A DNA stretch of 64,000 bases from Mobula hypostoma (taxonomy: Eukaryota). The position numbers and the translations under genes are program-made. Shown here in pieces: positions 37,905-48,914 of this stretch. The notes under the pieces were generated by a model. That model was given only the letters and a program-made list of their open reading frames with translations, had not been told where the DNA came from and made no database searches. Each line of letters opens with the position of its first letter. Position 1 is the first letter of the stretch. The stretch spans positions 97,962,001 through 98,026,000 of the forward strand of contig NC_086108.1 in assembly GCF_963921235.1 (NCBI RefSeq). The letters run 5' to 3'.

Positions 37905-38669
37905 TCACCAGCAACTTTTATGTGTGTTGCTTGAAATTCCAGCAACTGCAGATTTCCTCATGTCATGAGATTGGATCCTGGATTGAAGAGGCTGACCAAT
38001 AAAGAAAGCTTCACCAGGCTGTGGCCTATTCTCATTAGTGTTTAGAATAATGGGATGTGAACTAATGTAATTTGAGGGGGATAGAAAGGCAGATGCTAAG
38101 AGGATGTTTCCCATAATGGAATTATTTAGAACTCAAGTCTATGATTTTAGGGAAGAAAGAATTGAAAATCTAAGACAGGGATAAGGAAGAACTTCTTCTT
38201 TCAAAGGATCATGAATCTCTGGAATTTTCTACCTCAGTTCATTTTCAATACTGGAGTCATGAAACATATACACTGCAGAGCCCATCAGATATGAATTATG
38301 AGGAGCATCAAGGGCTTATGGGAAGAGAGTGGATTAATTATTATGTTGAGTTCAAAATTGGATCAGCCTTGATTTTATTGAATAGTGCAGCAAACTTAAG
38401 GGGCTGATCAACATACTCCCGCTCCCATTTCTTACCTTCTGTAGAGAGCTTGTCACAGAAAGCAGGGAGAGCAGGTATCTAAGTAACTTACAAGTGTGCG
38501 CACAGTGTGAAGACTGAAGAGCAGAAAACATAGGAGCATAATTACGATACTTGGTCCATTGCATCTGTTTCTGTCAAAGCTGATCTATTATCCCTCTCAA
38601 CCCCATCCTCCTGCCTTCTCCCCATAATTTTTGATGCTCTTACTAATCAAGAATCTATCAATCTCTGCT

Positions 38670-40195
38670 TTAGGTAGCAGTGCAATTGCAGCAGGACTTG
38701 GACAAATTGGAAGAAAGGGCAAAAAAGTGGCAGATGGAGTACTGTACAGTGTTGGGAAATGTATGATAATGCATTTTGGTAAAAGGAACAATAATGCGGA
38801 CTATTATCTAAATGGGGAGAACATTGAAATATCAGAGGCGTGGAGGGACTTAGATATTTTTTAGATTATGAGGACACACAGTCCTCTTTTATTGTCATTT
38901 AGTAATGCATGCATTAAGAAATAATACAATGTTTTTCCAGAATGATATCACGAAAACACATGACAAACCAATTTAAAAACTAACAAAAACCACATAATTA
39001 TAACATATAGATACAACAGTGCAAAGCAATACCATAATTTGATAAGAACAGACCATGGCACAGTAAAGTCTCAAAGTCTCTCGGAAGTCCCATCATCTCA
39101 CACAGACGGTAAACCTCCAGCGCCGCCAACTTGCCGATGCAGCATCCTGGAAGTATCCGACCACAGTCCGACTCTGAGTCCGTCCAAAAACTCCGAGCCT
39201 CCAACCACCTCTCTGACACTGAGCACCGAGCACCATCTCTGCCGAGCGCTTCAACCCCGGCCCTGGCAACAAGCAATAGGCAAAGCCGAGGATTTGGGGC
39301 CTTCGTCTCCGGAGATTCTCAATCGCACAGTAGCAGCGGCAGCAAAGCGAGCATTTTAGAAGTTTCTCCAGGTGTTCCTCGGTACTCTCACAGCTGTCTT
39401 CATCAAATCCGGATTGTGCACAGCCCACTAGTTAACACATATGATATCATTCGGAATTGTCGCACGCGCTGCATCACGTCACCATCTTCTCCTCCCTCCT
39501 CCCTTCATGCTAGACTCCCAGAAGGTTAATTTACAGGTTGAGACTGTGGTAAAGAAGGCAAATGCAATGTTGGCATTTATTTCAAGCAGAATAGAATTTA
39601 AAAGCAAGGAGATAATGCTGGGCCCTACAAGACACTGGTCAGGGCACACTTGGAGTATTGTTAACAGTTTTGTGCCCCATATCTCAGAAAGGACGTGTTG
39701 TCATTGGAGAGAGTCCAGAGGAGGTTCACCAGGATGATTCCAGGAATGGAGGGATTAACATATGAGGAGCATTTGGCAGCTTTGGGCCTGTACTCACTGG
39801 AATTTTAAAAAACTGGGGCAGGGGGAAATCTCATTGAAACCTACCGAATGTTGAAAGGACTAGGTAGGGTGGATGTGGAGAGGATGTTTCCGCTGGTGGG
39901 TTTATCCAGAAATAGAGAGCACAGTCTCAAAATTGAGGGGTAACTTTTTAGAAAAGAGGTAAGGAGGAATTTTTTTAGCTGGAGAGTAGTGAATCTGTGG
40001 AATGCTCTGCCACAGGCTGCGGTGGAGGCCAACTCCGTGGGTATACTTAAGGCAGAAGTTGATCGTTTCCTGATCAGTCAGGATCGAAGGCGAGAAGGCA
40101 TATGGGGTTGAGTGGGATCCAGGATCAGGCAGGATGAAATGGCGGAGCAGACTCATGGGCTAAATGGCCTTATTCTGCTCCTATGTCTTACAGTC
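38670..40195 (+). mobile_element. CR1 LINE 3' portion interrupted at 38860-39495
   Basis: KCMIMHFGKRN..RDL | VNLQVETVVKKANAMLAFIS.., followed by a CR1 3' UTR. Confidence 0.88.
38860..39495 (-). mobile_element. Non-coding non-LTR-derived element with a YY1-like 5' start
   Basis: 5' GGAGAAGATGGTG and 3' ..GACAATAAAAGAGGAC..ATAATCTA. A second, partial copy lies at 14137. Confidence 0.7.
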
Positions 40196-40438
40196 TTAAA
40201 TATACCCAATGGCTTGTCTTCTACAGCTATCTGTGTCAATAAATTGCACAGATTCACCCTCTGTCTAAAGAAATTGCTCTTCATTTCTGTTCCCCCCTAT
40301 TTGGAGGCTGTGCCCTTTGGTCCTAGACTTTCCCACTATATCAAACACCTTCTCCACATCTACTCTACCTAGGCCTTTCAATGTTCGATAGGTTTCAGTG
40401 AGATCCCTCCTCAGTCTGCTAAGCTCCCGTGAGTACAA

Positions 40439-41212
40439 GTCACGGTGGGCACTGGCAACAACTGAACCCGGGTGCAAAGGAACCAACAAACTCCCACGCT
40501 GAGACAGAGACAACAGCTTATTCATCGAACTCCAACTGAACTTCAGTGGCTAGACTGGGACAAATCATTCCCGAAACACACCCACACACAATGACCCCAC
40601 CTTCAGAGCTAATTGAGAGTCCACTTTAAATAATCACAGTAGACTGAAAAACCCCTGCCAGTCAAAATAAACTTGACCAGACTGAACAGAAAGCACAAGG
40701 GCTTAACCACCCTAGGTAAGACAACAATGAACAAATAGAGGTGCAATACAGTTAGGGCTCATGACAGTGCCTCCCTCCCTGAGGCCAGCACCTGAGAGCC
40801 CAGGGAGTCCTGGGGAACTCGAGACAAGGCTTTTAAATTCGAAACAGACCTGATGCTCCTGAGACAGGTCTGGAAAACTCGGGAACAGTGCATATACGTA
40901 ACTTGGGAACATTGCATATCATTAGGAGACATTGCATACGGTATAACTTGGGAACATAGCATCAAAACTGGAAACCTGGAATAGTCGTTGGAAACCTGGA
41001 GGGCCATGGGAAAACCAGGAAACCTTGATGACCTTGAATGTAGACCAGAGAAGCTCGGAAGTTAGCCTTGGGAAACTCAGAACGGAGGCTCAGGACAAGC
41101 ACTGAGAATGGAAGGCAGCCTCGCCTCCAGCCAACCAATGTCCAAGCTACGGGGTCCACTTATGGTGCGGGGTCCTTCTGTCAAGGCATGTGCTGACAAG
41201 TAACTGAACCTC
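40439..41212 (-). mobile_element. Internally deleted Gypsy-like LTR element
   Basis: On the minus strand: LTR end ..CCTTGACA (41179), MDP-like gag start, repetitive interior, polypurine tract AGGGAGGGAGG, then LTR TGTCATGA...CCGTGAC (40766-40439). The two LTR ends share ..AACTGAACC... Confidence 0.7.
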
Positions 41213-42477
41213 ATAGCAGCAAGTTTCACCTTCTACTCACTTCCCCCAAACTCTAATTGAAGTTATTCAGCTGTGTTCCGAGTTTTGGATGTTGCATTAA
41301 TCACCTCCAGCCCTTACTGTTTTCCCCAGAGAGTGGTGAATCTGTGGAATTCTCTGCCCAGGGAAGCAGTTGAGGTTTCTACACTAAATATATTTAAGAC
41401 ACGGTTGGACAGATTTTTACATAGCAGGGGAAGTAAGGGTTATGGGGAAAAGGCAGGTAGATGGAGCTGAGCTTATGGACAGATCAGCCATGATCTTATT
41501 GAATGGCGAGGCAGGCTCGATGGTCCGGATGGCCTACTCCTGCTCCTATTTCTTATGTTCTTGTCCTCTTACACTACTCAATCATATAAAGAGGTCAAGG
41601 GAAGAGGTGGAGCAAGAACTGGGAAGCTCTATGCACCTACCAGCGCACGCAAAATGCTGGAGAAATGCATCGCCAGAGCGAAATAAGCAATCAATGTTTG
41701 AGGCTGGGACGTTCCATCAGGGTGAAGAGTCTCGGCCTGAACCGTCAACCGACTCAGATGTCAGATTTAGATCTACCTATCACATGTACATCGAAACACA
41801 CAATGAAATGTGTCATTTGCATTAACAACCAGCACAGCCAAGGATGTACTGGGGGCAGCCTGCAAGTGATGCTGCACATTCCAACGCCAACGTAGCATTC
41901 CCAACAATGCTCGACAGAACAGAACAAAACAAAACACAAGGAAAGCAGAACATACCAAGCGACAACAGAGAAACAAACCCTGTTCCTCCCTGCCCTCCAC
42001 CCACTATATTTTCCTCCATATTTTATCTCCATCCATAGATGCTACCTGACCCCTTGAGTTTCTCCAGCATGTGCAGAATGGATAGTCCTCGTGAAAGGTC
42101 TCAGTCTGAAACATCAATTGCTTATTTCCCTCTGTGGATGCATTCCTCCAGCATCTTGTGTGTGTTGCTCAAGATTTCCAGCATCTGCAGAATCTTTTGT
42201 GTTTATGAAATAAATATTTCCTGGGCCATGTTAAAGCCGCTCCTTTTCATTCACATAGATAGAGAAGACAAGACCGCAAGTATTTTGACCTCCATCTTTA
42301 AGGGTCTTCAAAGTTCAAAGTAAATTTGTTATCAAAATAAATATATGCCACCATATACTACCCCGGGATTCACTTTCTTACGGGCATTCACAGTAGATAG
42401 AAACAATGAAAATCTCAACACAGGCAAAGATGAACGAACAGCCAATGTGCAAAAGACAACAAATTGTGCAAATACAA

Positions 42478-43740
42478 AAAGAAAAAGTGTTATATTTGAA
42501 TGCACGCAGCATAAGAAATAAAACGGACGATCTTGAAATTCAGCTACAGATTGGCAAGTATGACGTTATGGCATCTCTGAAACTTGGCTGAAGGACAGCT
42601 GAACATCCAAGGACATACAGTGTATCGGAAAGATATGTTAGTAGGTAGAGGGGGTGGTGTGGCCCTGTGTACAGCAGAAAACAAAGAGTGGGAATAAAGG
42701 GATCCTATTCTGGCTGGCTGCCAGTTATCAGTGGAGTTCCACAGGGGTCGGTGTTAGGACCGCTGCTTTTTACAATGTACATCAATAATTTGGACTATGA
42801 GATTCATGGGTTTGTGGCTAAGTTTGCTGATGATACAAAGATGGGTGGAGGAGTGGGTTGTGTTGAGGAAACAGAGAGCCTGCAGAGAGACTTAGATAAT
42901 TTAGGGGAATGGGCAAAGAAGTGGCAGATGAAATACAATGTTGGAAAGTTTATGGTCATGCACTTCGGTGGAAGAAATAAACCTGCAGACTATTATTTAG
43001 ATGGGGAGAGAATTCAAAATGTAGAGATGCAAAGGGACTTGGGAATCCTTGTGCAGGATACCCTAAAGGTTAACCTCCAGGGTGAGTTGGTGGTGAAGAA
43101 GGCGAATGCAATGTTGGCATTCATTTCTAGAGGTATAGAATATAAGAGCAGGGATGTGATGTTGAGGCTTTATAAGGCAGTTGTGAGACCACACTTGGAA
43201 TATTGTGTGCAGTTTGGGCTTCTTATTTTAGAAAGGCTATACTGACATTGTAGAGAGTTCAGAGAAGATTCACGAGAATGATTCAAGGAATGAAAGGGTT
43301 ACTGTATGAGGAACGTCTGGCAGCTCTTGGGCTGTATTCCCTGGAGTTCAGAAGAATGAAGGGGGATCTCAGAGAAACAATCCGAATGTTAAAAGACCTG
43401 AACAGATTTGATACGGCAAAGTTATTTCCCATGGTAGGGGAGTCTAGGACAAGAGGGCACAACTTCAGGATTGAGGGACGTCCTTCTAAAACTGAGAGGC
43501 AGAGAAATTACTTTAGTCAGAGGGTGGTAAACCTGTGGAATTTTTTGCCACAAGCAGCTGTGGAGTGCATTTAAGGCAGAGATAGATAGGCTCTTGATTA
43601 GCCAGGGCATCAAAGGGCATAGGGAGAAGGCAGGGGAGTGGGGATGTCTGGAAGAATTGGATCAGCCCATGACTGAATAGGGGAGCAGATTCAATGGGCC
43701 AAATAGCCTACTTCTGCTCCTATATCTTATGGTCTTATGG
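42478..43740 (+). mobile_element. CR1 LINE with endonuclease start fused to the RT C-terminal half
   Basis: VLYLNARSIRNK..YDVMA..ETWL, then directly GVPQGSVLGPLLF and KFADDTK (ORF 42667-43245), followed by a 3' UTR. Confidence 0.92.
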
Positions 43741-44098
43741 TCTAAGTAATGCCTAACTAATAAATATTGAGAACATGAGTTCCCATCTGGGACGTGCCCT
43801 CTTCTCATAAATACCATCATGGAGACGGTACAGGAGCCTGAAGGTCCACACTCAACATTGCAGGAATGGATTTCCCCCTCAGCCATCAGATTTCTGAACA
43901 GTCCGAGAACACATGAGCACTAGCTTATTGTGTTTATGAATCCACATATCACTTGCACCTGCAAAGCAGGGGGAACCACATTCAAATTCAACACTAAATT
44001 CAAGATTGTTCAATGTCATTTCCCATACGCTAGTGTAGAGGAGAACAAAATAATCATTATTATTCTAGATCCAATGCAGCATAGAAACACAATAAAAT

Positions 44099-44652
44099 CG
44101 CCTGGCTTTGAGGCCTCTGCCGGTCAGAGTTGACCATGGACATTATGTCCTAGCCTGGGCAGTACGATGTGGAGAGCAAGCTGTTGCCCAGGTAGCAAGC
44201 TCCCCCTCTCCATGCATCTGATGAACTTAAGGGAACAGCAGAGACCGATACAGTCTGGTACCAGCAGCGTCGCAGGAGTTGCCAGTCAGCATTGAACATA
44301 ATGTAGGACTGCCTTAGGGACACCAGCTGGGGACTTCTCCCTCGGTGTTTAACCCTGACACCATCCCTATGGTAGCGGAGGTTTGAGGTCCGAGTTTTCC
44401 TTCTCCTAGATGAGCTGCCAACCATGGCTAATGAGCCCATCTGCCCGAAGCGAGTGGTTTTAAGGCACCAGTAACTCACCTTTGCCCCTTCTCCTGTCAG
44501 TAGAAAAGGTTCTGCCGGGCTTAGTAGCTAAGCCACTTGTGAAGGGCAGGAGCTGGACTTGGTTGTCAGAGGTTATTTGAGGCGCACGCTATTGGGAGCA
44601 TTTAACAGGTAGTGGGAGCTTGTCCCTATTACCACCCCCGGCTATAACAACG
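44099..44652 (-). mobile_element. RTE-derived short element (5' UTR-like sequence)
   Basis: Minus strand carries ..CTAGGAGAAGGAAAACTC.. and ..CTGGCAACTCCTGCGACG..CCA.ACTGTATCGG.., recalled as RTE 5' UTR motifs. The latter is shared with 47597-48191. Confidence 0.65.
44491..44642 (-). ncRNA. Candidate HDV-like ribozyme (variant with an extra hairpin)
   Basis: P1 GCCGGG/CCCGGC and P2 CTCCTG/CAGGAG in nested double-pseudoknot order, with J4/2 A-C-T-G-A. P3 and P1.1 are imperfect in this copy. Confidence 0.5.
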
Positions 44653-44672
44653 TTAAAGAACAAAAAAAAAAA

Positions 44673-45091
44673 TTTTTGCTGTTAAATCTTTGGTTTATTT
44701 TGAAATACAAGGTTAATTAACAATATTTGGTCATTTTCTTTTCTTGGAAAACTGGGAAGACTCAGTTGATACTTTACAAAAGTAATTTAATCTGCTGTTC
44801 TATGCATTCTTCATTTAACACACCTTTAAACAAGTTTCTTCATTGCTGTGGTAGATTACTTGTGCTCCTGGAGTTATCAATGAAGTCTCTCAACATCGTG
44901 TGTCAGTTCAGTGCACTGAATCTGGAGCTCGTCCACTCTCTGACTGAGATTGTTGTTAGCACGTTTCAGTCAAATTTCTTTCTTCTGTTGCCGTGCCTTC
45001 ATAGTCGGAAAGATTCCACTTATTATTCTTGCCTCTCTCCACGGTCATAATTGCATGAGCAAGCCCAGGCCACCAGAAGCATCTTCCCGGG
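44673..45091 (-). pseudogene. HVCN1: 5'-truncated processed pseudogene of a voltage-gated proton channel (Hv1/HVCN1-like): S4 and coiled coil plus 3' UTR
   Basis: 45089-44826 reads REDASGGLGLLMQL*PWREARIISGIFPTMKARQQKKEI*LKRANNNLSQRVDELQIQCTELTHDVERLH**LQEHK*STTAMKKLV*, gap-free against Hv1 (GLLILLRLWRVARIING..RLK..ERL..L..H). AATAAA at 44699-44694, an A5 remnant and a flanking direct repeat are present. Confidence 0.85.
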
Positions 45092-45750
45092 AATAAAATA
45101 AAGAACAAAATAATAATGAAAACACAATAAATGTAACTACATAAGGTGTCTTATACAGTTAGACTGAATGTGTGTCCATAAAGTGACATTAGACACAGGA
45201 GTGTCTGTACATGAGCTGACTAACAGGAAATGATAAAGTAGTGGTGGTTGGGGGTGTGGAGGGGTGGGTTAGCGAGTGGAACTGTTGATCAGCCTTACTG
45301 CTTGGGCAAAATAACTGTTTTTAAGTCTGGTGATCTTGGCATGGATGCGACTTAGCCTCCTCCCTGATGAGAGTGGAACAAAAAGTCAATGAGTAGGGTG
45401 GGTGGGATCTTCATGTCACCGGCCCTTTTCTGTACATACATCCTTGATGAGGGCAGGCTGGTGTTGGGGATGCGTTGGGCAGTTTTGACTACCCGTTGCA
45501 GAGCCTTCCTGTCCACCACATTGCAGTTTCCATACCGTGCAGTGATGCAGCTTGTTAGGATGCTCTCTACTGTGCCTCTATAGAATGATGTGAGTATAGA
45601 TGTGCAAGGTCCAGCACCTCTTCAGCCTCCTCAGAAAGTCGAGGCATTGGCGAGCTTTCCTGATTGTGTATAACATGGGATTGAGAGATTGTGCGAGGTG
45701 TGCACTCCCGGGTGTCGGGAACCGCTCATGGTTTCCACTGTTGAGCCTCT
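45092..45750 (-). mobile_element. Rex1/Babar 3' portion (tail continues at 43975-44098)
   Basis: Reverse complement of KARQCLDFLRRL..FYRGTVESILTSCITARYGNC; host of the retrocopy and the RTE insertion. Confidence 0.8.
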
Positions 45751-46165
45751 GACGCAAAGAGGGGTAAAGAAGAGAATTGCAGGCTTGTTGAGAATTAGAA
45801 TAAGGACAGCAGAATTTCAGATGAGCTCACTTACGGAGGAAGCGAGCTCAGAGTCTGGGCAAGGAATTCTGGAGGGAACCGAGACACAGAGGAGGTTTTC
45901 AGCCACAGCTGAGATGGAAAGTGGCTCAGTAATCCAGAATACTACATGAAATTAATCTGCCAAGGCAGAGCAAGTGATCACAAGGTGAAAATGATAACAT
46001 GCACCGATAAGATGGATACCTGGAGGTTCTTTCTCATGCAGAGAGTGATCAATAATTGTAATAGACTTCCTGGTAGAGTAGCGGAGACAAGAATCTTGGA
46101 GTCAGTTAAGAAAGAATTAGGCACAGCAATAGAGGGAGGCAGGCTGGTTCAGATGGACGTTTAAA
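45750..46165 (+). mobile_element. Very old CR1 3' end
   Basis: GRASDHKVKM..RFFLMQRVINNCNRLPGRVAE..LESVKKEL. Confidence 0.6.
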
Positions 46166-47596
46166 ATAAGCTAAGAGGCTTCCCTCGTCCAAACTTACCT
46201 TGTGAGATTTATCCCCTCAATCCCAATGCTGAATCTAAATTAGAATGGATTTTATTAAAATTGGATGGTCCATTGAGGGGATTGGTTTCCTTCTCTGTTT
46301 TGCATTTTTGCACTGGCCCAGGCAAGGAATGTTAGCGAAGGACCGTACCTATCATTCGTGGGTCGTGGTTAACAGGCCATTGAGGGAACTACAGAGTTTG
46401 TGCATTGGTCCCTAGACTACCTGGCCTGACCGCTGTTTACTGCCTGAGGAGATGTATCCACTGGTGTCCAATTGGGAGCAACTTCACAGTCTGGGTCATA
46501 ACTAGATTATGACTCCCCGAACTCATGCCACAAAGGGGCTCCAACAGCCAGCAAGCTGAGGTGCTATATATCCGATGATTAGAAACGGGCAGGTAAGGGC
46601 CTTCTAAAGGTGAAAGGTTGAAATCTAAACCCCACTTCTCCCAGAATCTGGCAAGACCCACGGCAGAGGAACTGCGTGGCTTCAGTTGTTCTGCGGACTA
46701 TGTCCCCGTGCCTGCTTCCAGCTGCTCACGGGAGGAGGTGTGGATTGGTGGGCATCCATGCTGGGTAGGGCGCTGGCCCATCCCATTGGTGCTGCTCTCC
46801 AGTGCTCGCTCAGTGGAAGCAAAGCTGAGGCTGCACTAACATGTGACAATTTACCACCGTGAGCTAGTTCTTGCCGTCCACATCCCATGCACCATTAATA
46901 CACAGGAAATAACACTCTGGGACTTGGGATATATTATTATTTTTTGTAACTGTATGTTTGCTGCTACCGTAACTATATGTGCCTTGTGGTATGTGTGACT
47001 TTTGGTGCTGTGTTTTGCACCTTGGGCCCTGGAGGAGGAGGCTGTTTTGTTTGGCTGTATTCACTGGTATTCATGTGTGGAAGAATAACAATTAATCTTC
47101 AACTTGAACTTGAAGAGGTTTCCCTCCCAGAATTACCTTCAGCCTCAAGCAACAAGTAAGCTGCTGATTGAACTCAACAGGTTGAACAGTATCCCATGGC
47201 CTGGAGTTTAGCATCCCGTCATCGGTGACTCCTGGGGAGGGTACTGAAGATCAAGACTGAGGTTTGATCGGAAGTCCGGAGGTTGAGGCCCCAGGCCGAC
47301 GCGCTGAGTCTGAGTCTGGAAGCCCACGAAGGAAGTTGGAGGCCCGATGCCTGTGAGTCTACGAGCCCACCGGAGGCTGCAGGCCAGTCCTGGGGAGGAG
47401 GTCTGCCTGTGGTTGTGAGTGAGTGGGTCAGAGGGACGAGAGTAACTGGTCTTGTTATGTTGCTGTTGTTCTGCTGAACATCGTGGGAATGCTATGAATA
47501 TGTGGCGACACTTGTGGCCGGCCCACAGCACATCGTTAGGTTGTGTAGTTTGCCAATGCCAATGACACATTTCACTGCATGTTTCAATATATGGTT

Positions 47597-48191
47597 GTGG
47601 CTGGCATCCGTCTGTCTCAAAGGACAGTTTGGGTGATGACGATCATCATCACAAACCTGGCCAAAAGATATGGAGACCCTGAGAGTCGTCAGGCTTCCCC
47701 TCTCGGTCTCACCATTGTGGTCCAAAGGAAAGCTTATGAAGCAATGCGTTTGGCACCAGCTTGGCTGCAGGAGCTGCTGGAAGGACGTTCAATGACGTCC
47801 TGTTACCTTAGGAGATCCACTCTGGACTTACTCCCATAGCCTACGTCTCTCCCGACGCTACCCACAAGGGAGTGGCGCTATTTACCCATAGCTGGGGATC
47901 TGGTTCACGAGCAGTAGGACGTGTCCACACACCGGTGGGCTTGCGTGCTATGTGTGCAGGGGCCAGACCTCCTCCCCGTCCTCTGTCGTTCATTCTGAGA
48001 TAGAAGGCTGTTCAGTTTCCGTGTGTCACCAGCGAGGAGGCACTACATGAGGCTAGCTGTTGAAGAGACGATGTACTGGCAGGGAGAAACCTGCACACTC
48101 AGCTCTCCTTTTCGCAAGACCGCTAGCCAGTGGTGGAAGCTGAAGGTGAGAGCGACAAGCACTACCCACTACACTACCACACTAGACACGT
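47597..48191 (-). mobile_element. Bipartite RTE-derived non-autonomous element (5' UTR joined to RTE 3' end)
   Basis: 3' end ..GAGACAGACGGATGCCAGCC is typical of RTE LINEs, with a similar 3' end at 57508-57550. No ORF; inserted in a SINE tail. Confidence 0.72.
47984..48191 (-). ncRNA. HDV-like ribozyme relic at the element 5' end
   Basis: P3-L3-P3' GCC-TCCTCGCT-GGT, P1' GACACAC, GG, AAA, P4 CTGA..TCAG, J4/2 AATGA, P2 TGTAGT/ACGACA. P1 5' strand (A)CGTGTC lies at the element start. Confidence 0.68.
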
Positions 48192-48304
48192 CACAACAAC
48201 CATTTTGACACTATTTCACTATATATGTGATAAATAATTCCGAATCTGAACCTGAGACGAGAGAAGAAGTCAGAATCAGAATGAAGTTTATTATCACTGA
48301 CACA

Positions 48305-48660
48305 CAGTGCTGTGCAAAAATCTGAGGCACCCTCGATTCTTACCTGGTTTCAGATGGTATGACCTCCACAGAGACTTGATCTCAAAATCATCAAGGTTGT
48401 CCGGAATTACCTGGCCAGACAGAAGCAAGAGAGACAGCAAGTTCTGTACGATGCTAGGAACAACCTACCAGCCGATTTTCTTATGAACCTGCACGACAGT
48501 GTAGCTAAGAGAATTGTTGCAGTCTTAAAGGCAAAAGGTGATCACATCAAATACTGATTTGATTTAGATTTTTACTATTTACTGCTCTTTATAGTAATTT
48601 TTTTTTGATATTTAGAAACTTTTTATTTCATTATTTTGAAAGCATCTTTGCTCTACATGT
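48305..48660 (+). mobile_element. Non-autonomous Tc1 derivative (same family as 21137)
   Basis: CAGTGCTGTGCAAAAATCTGAGGCAC end; reverse complement of 21170-21500. Confidence 0.8.
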
Positions 48661-48914
48661 GCATTTTAGTTCAGCGTTATGCCATTCAATTTGTTGTTTT
48701 GTGGCAGCAGGGCAATAAATAAATAGATAGATAAATAAATAAACAAATAGATACCTGTAGATAAAGCAAAAGAGGAATTGTAAGGTAGTGTTAATGTGTT
48801 CTTGATCCATTCAGAAATCTGATAGTGGAGGGGAGGAAGTTGATCCTAGATCATTGAGTGAGGATCTTCAGGCTCCTGTCCCTCCTCCCTGATGGTAGTA
48901 GTGAGAAGAGGGGA

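Noticed and set aside
44826..44975. bZIP (ATF2/AP-1-like) leucine zipper with five heptad leucines and a terminal His
   Set aside because: No basic region in frame. The upstream GLL..(R)xWRxxRII.G segment identifies it as the Hv1 coiled coil.
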